From an uncultured archaeon (lineage in GTDB: Archaea > Asgardarchaeota > Heimdallarchaeia > Heimdallarchaeales > Kariarchaeaceae): DNA of 53,449 nt. Shown here in pieces: positions 43,930 to 52,601 of this stretch (its first letter is position 1; each line of letters starts with the position of its first letter). The stretch covers positions 443 to 53,891 of the forward strand of contig CAZYCQ010000015.1 in NCBI GenBank assembly GCA_964645535.1. The letters run 5' to 3'. The translations under genes and the position numbers were made by a program. The notes below the pieces were generated by a model. The model saw only the letters and a program-made list of their open reading frames with translations, had not been told where the DNA came from and did no database searches.

Positions 43930-44291
43930 CCTCTGATCCGATTGATGGCGGTTTCCAGTTTATTTAGGGTGGCGGGTTTGATAATATATTCGTCCACTTG
44001 AATTGTTTTTTTCACGCTCGGTCTAATAGGTTCACTAGAAATAATTATTAGTTTAGTTTTTCTGTTATTTTTTCGATCATATTCATTTATGAACTTGGCC
44101 AATGCAGTTCCATTCTGTTTGGGAAGTACCTGATCGATGGTGACCAAAGTGGGTTGGAGTTCTGCAAATTTTTCCATAGCCTCTTCTGCCGTGGCGACCA
44201 TATCCACAACTTCATGTCCAAGCTCAATAAGATATCTTTTCAAAGCCAGCCTGTTCAGTGGTGAGTCATCCACAATCAATACTCGTTCCAT
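43926..44291 (-). CDS. Single-domain response regulator (CheY-like)
   Basis: VLIVDDS, phosphoacceptor D in VTIDQVLP, IISS and IIKP. Start placed at ATG 44291; the track's 44405 start overlaps spt5. Confidence 0.9.
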   Translation of the reverse strand: MERVLIVDDSPLNRLALKRYLIELGHEVVDMVATAEEAMEKFAELQPTLVTIDQVLPKQNGTALAKFINEYDRKNNRKTKLIIISSEPIRPSVKKTIQVDEYIIKPATLNKLETAINRIRG

Positions 44292-44361
44292 TGTTATTAT
44301 ACATGGTTTTTCCCTTCTTATGTATTTTGAAACAAGTTCCTGTGAATCACCTATGATTTGT

Positions 44362-44826
44362 TCAATCCTCACCTTCGGAAGCAATTTTTCTAACATATTC
44401 CGCATGTAGTTTCAGGGGCAGACCCATGGCACTTGAGGTAATTTCTGCGGTCACTTCTTGGTTTGCCATGTCCACCCTGGTAATGATTGCTCTTGAACCC
44501 TTGAAAGGCCCATTGATTATTTCTACCAAGTCTCCCTTCTTTAATCCTTCAATAGCGGGTCTTGGCACCAGAATATCTTCTAGTTCCGAAAGATCAACCG
44601 GTTGATTTTTTACAGGTTTATTGTTCACTCCTCTAATTGTTGAGGTTACTCGTTCAATACTCTGAATGTCTGGTCCTTCTATGAAGATATAGCCTTTGAT
44701 GCCCTCTGTTGCCATTACGGAGTAAATTGTCCCCTTGTATTGCTCCAGATTACTGGCCTTGTGGTTGATCAATTGTGCAACAGATTTTTCTTTTCCGTTA
44801 CTTGCTCGAAAAATATAGACTGGCAT
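44362..44826 (-). CDS. spt5: Transcription elongation factor Spt5 (NusG family)
   Basis: NGN domain (GKEKSVA, KGYIFIE) plus KOW domain (GDLVEIINGPFKG). Confidence 0.95.
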   Translation of the reverse strand: MPVYIFRASNGKEKSVAQLINHKASNLEQYKGTIYSVMATEGIKGYIFIEGPDIQSIERVTSTIRGVNNKPVKNQPVDLSELEDILVPRPAIEGLKKGDLVEIINGPFKGSRAIITRVDMANQEVTAEITSSAMGLPLKLHAEYVRKIASEGED

Positions 44827-44839
44827 ATGTATTCATTCC

Positions 44840-45025
44840 TCATCGTCCAATTGCAAAGGAAACAACCAGTTGGACAACAAATCCGATCGTTCCAATGAAA
44901 AGAACTCCCAAGGCTGTGATCCTTGATGTAATTACCAATTCCCTTCGGGAAGGTCTCTTGGTGGACTGGAAAAGAAGCCTCTTTGAGTTAATGTAATATT
45001 TCATTACGGTTTGCGTGAATCCCAT
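44840..45025 (-). CDS. secE: Protein translocase subunit SecE/Sec61-gamma
   Basis: KRPSRRE...ITALGVLFIGTIGFVV, 61 aa, in the canonical position upstream of spt5. Confidence 0.92.
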   Translation of the reverse strand: MGFTQTVMKYYINSKRLLFQSTKRPSRRELVITSRITALGVLFIGTIGFVVQLVVSFAIGR

Positions 45026-45153
45026 ATCTCCTCATTCCAAAATTTCTCCCGGATGATTTAAGATTTGTCATTTGTTTCTTACACGCAAAAGTCCCGTTTT
45101 TTTCAATCCGAATTAATAAATCATTAAAACGGTACTGTTCTTTTTCAGTTGAG

Positions 45154-45843
45154 ATGAAATACCCGAAAGAAGCGGAGGTATTGCGTGATATCCAACCTTT
45201 TCTTGTTGTTGGAGAACGAATAGATTCTCATGTAGTGCTCATAGAAACAAAATTGGTAAACCTTTTACTGGCCCTTTTCATATCCATATCATTTGCGATT
45301 TCCTTTTACCAAGCAGTCCAATACCAATCATATTGGATATTTGCGAGCATCATCCTGTTCTTTTTCGCTATTTATTATCTTTCTGGACTTCGGGTACGCC
45401 TCATCTATGCAGTGACCAAATTCAGAGTAGTTAAACTTGAAATAAACCTGATCAACAGATTTTTGTTGCGTTCATGGGGTTTTTCCAGATTTTCAGACCT
45501 CCATTTTTCCCATGCTGAAACAATTGAGATGGGGGTTGTTCCTTTTAACTCACAAAGATTTTGGTTGGCTAATTTCTCCCTTGGTGCGTCTTGGCTGGTG
45601 TTCAATGGTGAACAGGTTACCTCATTCCTTGATTCTAACTCGCCATTTATCCCCATGGCTCTTTTATTATTCTTTTTTGGGTCTGTCAATCTCTTGGTCA
45701 GCCTTCCTCTTGGAAACGATCGGATGATTATCCATAGCTTGTCCGGAAGAAAACTCACCCTTCCTCTCCAGAAGATTCCGACGCAATTCATTGAGGTTTT
45801 GGTCGAGCGGTGCAGAACATACCTCACTTTTGGAGTGGATTAA
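45154..45843 (+). CDS. Hypothetical membrane protein
   Basis: About 4 TM segments separated by short beta-rich loops (YAVTKFRVV, reminiscent of bacterial PH-like membrane-flanked domains). Confidence 0.6.
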   Translation: MKYPKEAEVLRDIQPFLVVGERIDSHVVLIETKLVNLLLALFISISFAISFYQAVQYQSYWIFASIILFFFAIYYLSGLRVRLIYAVTKFRVVKLEINLINRFLLRSWGFSRFSDLHFSHAETIEMGVVPFNSQRFWLANFSLGASWLVFNGEQVTSFLDSNSPFIPMALLLFFFGSVNLLVSLPLGNDRMIIHSLSGRKLTLPLQKIPTQFIEVLVERCRTYLTFGVD

Positions 45844-47830
45844 GCTGTTCTCTGAAATATATCCTAAGCCACTTACCATTCGGAAAAAGATACTTGACTT
45901 TGACGAATTCCATGAACGACTCTTGGATCAGGGAGAAGGGTACCAGAGGATTGCGTTCTATCCCCAAGCCCTTGCGGTTCTTGCCCTTTTGAATGCCATT
46001 TCCAATCGCCCATTAATTGTTTTATTTTCCTGTGTGTGGTTGGTCTATCTTTATGTTTTCAACGTCCAAAAGTTTAGAATTACCTTTACCGAAAAACGAG
46101 TTGTATTCAGAAATGAACGTCTTTCTTCTCGATTGAATCTTTGGTTTGTCTTATTTGGATTTGCTGTAATCCTTCTCTCTCAATTCAGCATTATGACACC
46201 ATTGAAAATAATCCAAGATCTGTTTATCCCTCGAATATGGCCTGCCCTTATTGTGTATATCTTTGCAATCACCATTCCCTCGCTATTGATCCAAATTCCA
46301 CTGCTCTCTAATTTAATTACCATCATAATTTTCCTTTTGGTCACATTTCTGTCCCTGAGAAATGAAGTTACCATTTCCCAAAATTCCTACAAAATGACAA
46401 AATCTGTTCTGCTTAAAGAACACAAAGTCTTCGGACTGAAAACACTCCGTCTACTTGGTCCGGTTTTCCTTGTTCAAGTAATTCTGAATCTTCTTGGTAT
46501 CCTGACTAAGATTTTCATATTTGATCTTGCTTCTTTCATTCTATTTCCTTTCTCCCTCCTCATACTTTTGAAATACCGGACAGAAACACAATATTCCTTT
46601 TCCTTATTCAATCCCATCGGGGGTGAACTCAGGGTTGAAATATTGCTGGATGAAATCAATTTTCAACGAATTGTCAAAGCATTATCCAATATTTTCAGTT
46701 TTACTCCCCATCCCTTCGGAAACTTTCCAGATCAAATAATCGATACTTCTGAATTTTCCATGTTTCCGACAGGATCAAAACCAATCAAAAATTCAATTGT
46801 ACCTGTGGGTTTTAACATTGGTGCTGGAGTTGCTTTCATCACTGTTGTTCTGGCTTCAATCACTGCTTTTTTGAGACAGGGGGATGCATTGGGTACTGTT
46901 TTTCTCGGCATTCCACTTCTTTGGGCAATCTACTTTTTTTCTTTTCAAGCAATTCGAAGATTATCCCGAAAATTGGTTGAAGGCGACCAAGTTGATATGA
47001 TCATTTTCAATTCTGAAATTTTCGGTTATATCTCCAAACATAGACTTTGGATCTCAAGTATTGTCAACTTAGAACAGAATGATCTTACAAAAAGAATGCC
47101 CTTGCCTCTCCGACAAAAAAATTCATTGCTTGGTGATTATACCAATTGGAAATTGATTATACTATATGGTGTCTTCTTCTTTGTATATGGGATTTTGGTT
47201 CAGTGGATCAGATTTGGCGCTTTGAATGCCGAAGGTCTGTATAAAATCGGTGTTTATTACTATTCGATCACTATACAGGTCTTTACCGAAATTCTGTTGA
47301 CACAGCCCCTTGTCATGCTCTTTATTTCCATCCTCCTTTGGGTATCCTTGATTCTTTTTCTTCCCCAATTTCTTCTGTTAACTCATCCCTCCTTGAGAAT
47401 GGATTTTGGTAAAAATGCATTTCTCTCTCACCCAAGTGGAGAAATAACTGATGCAGTGTTCATGGCACGATTATTAATTTCCTTCAAATTCTTTGCATCT
47501 CAAAGGGCTTCAACCAGTATCCGACCGAGTTACGCATATATCGTGGTGGGACTAAAATATGATGGGCACAACTCCGATTTACTGGTCAGAGTAGAGAATA
47601 ATGACTCCAAAATTCTGAAGAAAAACAATCCATATCCCGAAAGAATGATGTTAAAGGTCGGGATATACAAACTTTCTCCTTTGATTAAGCTGACACTGTC
47701 TTTTGTTGAAGGTAATGAAGAAAGATCTGTAGACCTCAAAATATCCCGACATGCCGAAGATAGAAAATTACAATTCTCTGATGGATCATCCCTTGAAATA
47801 ACTCTCCATGAATTGATTTTCAGAGACTGA
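45830..47830 (+). CDS. Hypothetical multi-pass membrane protein
   Basis: Long ORF with many hydrophobic segments. The start is uncertain (TTG 45830 overlapping the upstream gene end, or 45791). Confidence 0.6.
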   Translation: MEWIKLFSEIYPKPLTIRKKILDFDEFHERLLDQGEGYQRIAFYPQALAVLALLNAISNRPLIVLFSCVWLVYLYVFNVQKFRITFTEKRVVFRNERLSSRLNLWFVLFGFAVILLSQFSIMTPLKIIQDLFIPRIWPALIVYIFAITIPSLLIQIPLLSNLITIIIFLLVTFLSLRNEVTISQNSYKMTKSVLLKEHKVFGLKTLRLLGPVFLVQVILNLLGILTKIFIFDLASFILFPFSLLILLKYRTETQYSFSLFNPIGGELRVEILLDEINFQRIVKALSNIFSFTPHPFGNFPDQIIDTSEFSMFPTGSKPIKNSIVPVGFNIGAGVAFITVVLASITAFLRQGDALGTVFLGIPLLWAIYFFSFQAIRRLSRKLVEGDQVDMIIFNSEIFGYISKHRLWISSIVNLEQNDLTKRMPLPLRQKNSLLGDYTNWKLIILYGVFFFVYGILVQWIRFGALNAEGLYKIGVYYYSITIQVFTEILLTQPLVMLFISILLWVSLILFLPQFLLLTHPSLRMDFGKNAFLSHPSGEITDAVFMARLLISFKFFASQRASTSIRPSYAYIVVGLKYDGHNSDLLVRVENNDSKILKKNNPYPERMMLKVGIYKLSPLIKLTLSFVEGNEERSVDLKISRHAEDRKLQFSDGSSLEITLHELIFRD

Positions 47831-48364
47831 CTAAACGATTTTTTTGAAAGCCCATGCCAAATCCAATAGCTTCCCCAATTCCTTTTCGAGTCTTAAAAAA
47901 TTTTGAGATTGGATTTTATTTCCTTTTTCCACCTGTTGGTTTCTGTAGGATACAATCATGTCAAGAAGTGATCTCAGTGGGGTTTCGAATTTGGTCTCAA
48001 TCAACCCTTTTATGATCTGTTCCAAAGGCCTTAGCTCTATTTTCAATCCCTTGTTTCGGGGAAGAGATGTTCTTGAAATAATTCCCAATTCCTCCAATTG
48101 AACGGATCGCTGCGAGATTGCAGGCTGAGTAAAATTGGATTGTTCCACCACTTCCTTTAAATCAGTCTCCTTTTTTATTAAGCTGAGAAAAATGATATAT
48201 GAAGCCGTTTGAGAGAACCCTAGGCTTTCCAACCAATTCCTGACTTCTTTTGCTAGATTTTCCATCAAGATCTTTTCAATATCCTGTGATATGTCGGATT
48301 GGTCTTTTTGGAGCCCACTATCATCAGGTTCGATTTTGATCACTTCCCTGAAAATTAAAAACAA
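47831..48364 (-). CDS. Winged-HTH transcriptional regulator (TrmB/MarR/GbsR-like)
   Basis: LESLGFSQTASYIIFLSL...DLKEVVEQSNFTQPAISQRSVQLEELGIISR. Confidence 0.75.
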   Translation of the reverse strand: MFLIFREVIKIEPDDSGLQKDQSDISQDIEKILMENLAKEVRNWLESLGFSQTASYIIFLSLIKKETDLKEVVEQSNFTQPAISQRSVQLEELGIISRTSLPRNKGLKIELRPLEQIIKGLIETKFETPLRSLLDMIVSYRNQQVEKGNKIQSQNFLRLEKELGKLLDLAWAFKKIV

Positions 48365-48495
48365 TTCAATTTATGAACTAGTCGGTTTAATGGTTGGTTT
48401 TTGCCAGATATTCTGGGAACTAATTTGTTGGATATCCGATCAAACCTTTCGGGAGAGAACTAAACCTTTAAGGTAAAAGAATAGGATTATTAGTA

Positions 48496-48891
48496 ATGAT
48501 AAATCTAGGGTCTGTTGATGTATTCGTCACAATTACCCCGCGGGCGAAGGAGGAGTTACTACGCCAACTTGAAATGGCTGCTGACAAGGATTTGGCCGTG
48601 CGCATATTTGTAATGCTTGACCGATTTGCAGGGTTTGCCTTTGATCTGGAATTCTCCAAGAGAAATGAAAATGACTATTTTGCAAAGGTGGATGATATTC
48701 CAATAGTTGTGGATCGCAGTTTTCTTGAATATGTCAAGGGAATGGAGATTGATTATGATCCAGAAGCTCATGAGTTTTCCCTAATCAATCGGAAACCTGC
48801 TTACAATTGTGTACCTGGATCAAAATATGAATGCCCTTCGTGTAATCTCTATCAAGAAGCCAATTCCAGTCTGCAAAAAAATATCGATTAG
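48496..48891 (+). CDS. HesB/IscA-like protein with non-canonical cysteines
   Basis: ITPRA, RIFV, VVDRSFLEYVKGMEIDY and FSLINR match the A-type carrier scaffold. The GC and CxC motifs are absent; there is a C-terminal Cx7Cx2C. Confidence 0.7.
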   Translation: MINLGSVDVFVTITPRAKEELLRQLEMAADKDLAVRIFVMLDRFAGFAFDLEFSKRNENDYFAKVDDIPIVVDRSFLEYVKGMEIDYDPEAHEFSLINRKPAYNCVPGSKYECPSCNLYQEANSSLQKNID

Positions 48892-48931
48892 TATATTAAG
48901 GGAACCGCAATCTTTGAATTAGGAGATTGTC

Positions 48932-51900
48932 ATGAGTAAGGCTGTTCAGAGGATTTTCGAACCCGTTCCTCCCCAGAACAACTTCCCAAAAATGGAAGAG
49001 GAAATATTGGAATATTGGAAAAAAAATAATGTATATGAAAAAATCCAAGAAGAACGCAAGCATCAATCAAAGGGAAACTGGACTTGGTTGGAAGGACCAC
49101 CTACTGCGAATGGTCTCCCTCATGCAGGTCATGCCCTTACCCGGACACTGAAAGATATCATGCTCCGGTTCAGAACAATGCAGGGCTATCATGTCAGACC
49201 GAGGATTGGCGGTTGGGATTGCCACGGACTTCCTGTAGAGCTTGAAATAGAGAAAAAAATGGGCTTCAATACTAAACAGGATATCGAAAATTTTGGTATT
49301 GAGAAATTCAATGATCTCTGCCGTGAAAGCGTACTGATGTATGAAAAAGAATGGCGAGAAATGACAGAAAGGGTCGGCTTCTGGTTGGATCTGGATCATC
49401 CCTACATCACCATGGATGATAAATATATTGAAAGCGTTTGGTGGTCCCTCAAAACCCTTTTTGAACGTGGATTGCTCTATAAGGGTGTTAGGGTTGCCCC
49501 TCTCTGCACACGATGTGGTACTACCCTTTCAAGCCATGAACTTTCTCAGGGATATAAGGAAGTGAAAGACCCTGCAATCTTCGTGAAGTTCGAGGCAGAT
49601 GATCCTGAACTTGAGGGTGTGAAATTTTTGGCTTGGACCACGACTCCTTGGACGCTGCTTTCCAATGTCATGCTTTCGGTCAATCCTGATGTGACATATG
49701 CAATCGTGGAATACAAGGGTGAAAAACTCATTGTTGCTGAGCCTTTGATCGAAAAAGTGTTCAAGAAAAAGATAAAGCCTATTCGCACATTTAAAGGAAA
49801 AGAACTTGAATACAAGAAATACAAACCCCTTTTCCCATACTTCAAGGATATCGGTGGCAATGCATTCATCGTGACTGTTGCTGATTATGTCACCACTGAG
49901 GATGGAACCGGAATTGTCCATTCAGCACCTGCTTTTGGTGCAGACGACGCAGAAACAGGTAAACGCTACAATGCCCCGATCATTCAATGCGTTGACCAAG
50001 AAGGAAAATTCACGGAAGATGTACCTCCTCTGGCAGGCCTGTGGGTAAAGGATGCAGACAAAAAAATCATTGAGATGTTGAAGAAAGAAAACAAGCTATT
50101 CCGAAAGGACACCTATGTCCACCAATATCCCCATTGCTGGAGATGTGATACCCCTCTTCTCTATTATGGTACCGAATCTTGGTTCATTGCAATGTCGACT
50201 CTCCGTGACAAATTGGTTGAGAACAACAAAAAAGTGAAATGGCAACCAAAATATATCCGGGATGGGCGATTTGGGAATTTCCTGGAAAATGTGATCGATT
50301 GGAACCTTTCAAGGTCAAGATATTGGGGAACTCCTCTTCCAATCTGGGTCTGCAACGAATGTGGACATACCGTGGCAATCGGTTCCAAACAGGAACTTGA
50401 AGAAAAGGCAGGCTCTCTCCCTGATAAATTTGAACTTCACAGACCATACGTTGATGAAATCAAGTGGGATTGTGACAAATGTGGCAAAGGGACCATGATC
50501 CGTGAAGAATATGTCATTGACTGTTGGTATGATTCTGGCTCTGCACCGTTTGCACAATATCACTACCCATTTGAAAATGAAGAGCAATTCAAGGAAGACT
50601 TCCCCTTTGACTGGATTACAGAAGCCATTGATCAAACAAGGGGATGGTTCTATACCCTGATGGCTGTCAGCACTGCCCTCTTTGGGAAGTCTCCCTACAA
50701 GGCAGTTCTCTGCATGAATCACATCGTAGATGAACATGGACGCAAGATGTCCAAGAGCAAGGGCAATACAATCAATACCAAGGACCTATTCGAAAAGGTT
50801 GGTGCAGATTCAACACGATGGTATCTTAGCAAGAGTCCCGCATGGAACCAGACTCGTTTCAGTATCAATCTGGTGGAAGAAGCACAGAGAAAAATGTTGA
50901 ACACCCTTTGGAATGTCTATAGCTTCTTTGTCACGAATGCTAATGTAGATAACTATGTTCCCGGTGAGATGACAGAATACCAAGAAAGACCAGAAATTGA
51001 TAGATGGATCCTCTCTCGGCTTCAGAATCTAACAAAAGAGGTCGCCAACAGTATTGATGAAATGACTTTCCATGTAGGTGTAAATGCCTTAGATTATTTC
51101 ATCATTGAGGAACTCAGCAACTGGTATGTAAGGAGATCACGCCGTCGTTTCTACAAGGAAGAGATGGATCTGGATAAAAGATCTGCTTATGATACACTTT
51201 ATGAGGTTCTTACCACTCTGACACGGTTGCTGGCTCCCTTTACCCCCTTCTTGGCAGAGGCAATCTACCTGAATTTGGAAGGCAATCGTAAGAACACGAC
51301 TGTCAAATCGGTACATGCCGAACTCTTCCCTGTTGCCAAGGAAGAGCTAATCGACCAAAATCTCGAAGAAAAGATGAGCTGGGTACTGAATGCAGTCATT
51401 GCGGGAAGAGCGGCTCGTTCTTCTGCCAATATCAAGATGAGACAACCTTTGAAAGAGATGATCATTTCTGTTCAAGAGAATGTCCCTGATTTGAAGGATC
51501 TTATCCCGGTCATTGCAGAAGAAATCAATGTCAAAAAAGTGAAATTCAGTGGCGGTGGAAATCTTGTCGAGTACAAGATCCTTCCAAACCTTAAGGTCCT
51601 TGCACCAAAAGTGAAGGGAGAGATCACCAAGATAAAGGAATATCTTTCCACAATGGACAAGGAAGAGGCAAAACGATTTGTTTCCGAAATGAAGCAGAAT
51701 AAGTCTGCCACTATTGAAATTGACGGTAAAACATGGGAATTCACCGAAGATGAGGTAAAGGTCAGTGAGGTTGCCACAGAAGGCTATGCCATGGGCTCCT
51801 CTCGAGGTGTGGAAGTTTTTATCTCAACCAAAATCACTCCAACCCTTAAACTTGAGGGATTGGCTAGAGAACTCGTCAGAAGGATACAGGAGATGAGAAA

Positions 51901-52105
51901 ATCGGCAGGCCTTGAATTCACTGATCGCATTGTCCTCTCGGTAGAAACCGATGACAAGGATATCAAGAAATCTCTGACCAAATTCCAGGATTACATCCTC
52001 ACGGAAACCCAGGCCGATAAATTGGTCACAGAAATCACTGATGGCTATACACAGGAATGGAAGATTGGAGACAAAACTGTAACAATTCATCTGAAGAAAG
52101 CCTAA
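48932..52105 (+). CDS. ileS: Isoleucine--tRNA ligase, type 2 (archaeal/eukaryotic type)
   Basis: EGPPTANGLPHAGH (HIGH), GWDCHGLP, AWTTTPWTL, DGTGIVH, WNLSRSRYWGTP, DQTRGWF, KMSKS, SNWYVRRSRRRF, EGLARELVRRIQ. Confidence 0.98.
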   Translation: MSKAVQRIFEPVPPQNNFPKMEEEILEYWKKNNVYEKIQEERKHQSKGNWTWLEGPPTANGLPHAGHALTRTLKDIMLRFRTMQGYHVRPRIGGWDCHGLPVELEIEKKMGFNTKQDIENFGIEKFNDLCRESVLMYEKEWREMTERVGFWLDLDHPYITMDDKYIESVWWSLKTLFERGLLYKGVRVAPLCTRCGTTLSSHELSQGYKEVKDPAIFVKFEADDPELEGVKFLAWTTTPWTLLSNVMLSVNPDVTYAIVEYKGEKLIVAEPLIEKVFKKKIKPIRTFKGKELEYKKYKPLFPYFKDIGGNAFIVTVADYVTTEDGTGIVHSAPAFGADDAETGKRYNAPIIQCVDQEGKFTEDVPPLAGLWVKDADKKIIEMLKKENKLFRKDTYVHQYPHCWRCDTPLLYYGTESWFIAMSTLRDKLVENNKKVKWQPKYIRDGRFGNFLENVIDWNLSRSRYWGTPLPIWVCNECGHTVAIGSKQELEEKAGSLPDKFELHRPYVDEIKWDCDKCGKGTMIREEYVIDCWYDSGSAPFAQYHYPFENEEQFKEDFPFDWITEAIDQTRGWFYTLMAVSTALFGKSPYKAVLCMNHIVDEHGRKMSKSKGNTINTKDLFEKVGADSTRWYLSKSPAWNQTRFSINLVEEAQRKMLNTLWNVYSFFVTNANVDNYVPGEMTEYQERPEIDRWILSRLQNLTKEVANSIDEMTFHVGVNALDYFIIEELSNWYVRRSRRRFYKEEMDLDKRSAYDTLYEVLTTLTRLLAPFTPFLAEAIYLNLEGNRKNTTVKSVHAELFPVAKEELIDQNLEEKMSWVLNAVIAGRAARSSANIKMRQPLKEMIISVQENVPDLKDLIPVIAEEINVKKVKFSGGGNLVEYKILPNLKVLAPKVKGEITKIKEYLSTMDKEEAKRFVSEMKQNKSATIEIDGKTWEFTEDEVKVSEVATEGYAMGSSRGVEVFISTKITPTLKLEGLARELVRRIQEMRKSAGLEFTDRIVLSVETDDKDIKKSLTKFQDYILTETQADKLVTEITDGYTQEWKIGDKTVTIHLKKA

Positions 52106-52461
52106 CTTTTTTGCAAATCCTTTTCAATCCATGAAATGTCACTTTTGGGATTGATGGTCAAAATCAGAGTTTTCAATAGCAATGCCTCTTCCTCAGTCAA
52201 AACTTCGTCACTCATCGCAGTAAAATATGTGTCGGAATACATCTTCTCCTCCAAATCATATAATTCATTTCTTTCATCCTGTGTTATGATCCCGTCTTCT
52301 GCTGCTTTTTCGAACGTAGCCTCCAATTTCTCGATGGAAGAAGTAACAATATCAATTATTGCTTGTTCATCTGCAGTGATCTTCCCATCTTCTTTTGCCT
52401 TCTGCCAGATTTGCGTCAAAGCCTTTCGTATTCGTTCCATCCTCTCAGTAGCCTTTTCCAC
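52102..52461 (-). CDS. Small acidic helical protein with three TerB/EF-hand-like DGxITxDE repeats
   Basis: AKEDGKITADE, AAEDGIITQDE and AMSDEVLTEEE at about 29-aa spacing. Confidence 0.65.
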   Translation of the reverse strand: MEKATERMERIRKALTQIWQKAKEDGKITADEQAIIDIVTSSIEKLEATFEKAAEDGIITQDERNELYDLEEKMYSDTYFTAMSDEVLTEEEALLLKTLILTINPKSDISWIEKDLQKS

Positions 52462-52601
52462 AACGCAACATTCTCAAACTAGGTTATATTTCTATTGTAT
52501 TGCCAAACCGATCAATCTGTCATCCTATTAACAACATTTAATAACAATCAAATCCATTTCTTAATTGAACTCCATTCGAAACCGATTTGGGGTGTTACAA
52601 A

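Noticed and set aside
44292-44405. N-terminal extension of the response regulator, or an Spt5-receiver frameshift fusion
   Set aside because: Spt5 ends normally after its KOW domain, the receiver has its own ATG at 44291, and I saw no slippery site.
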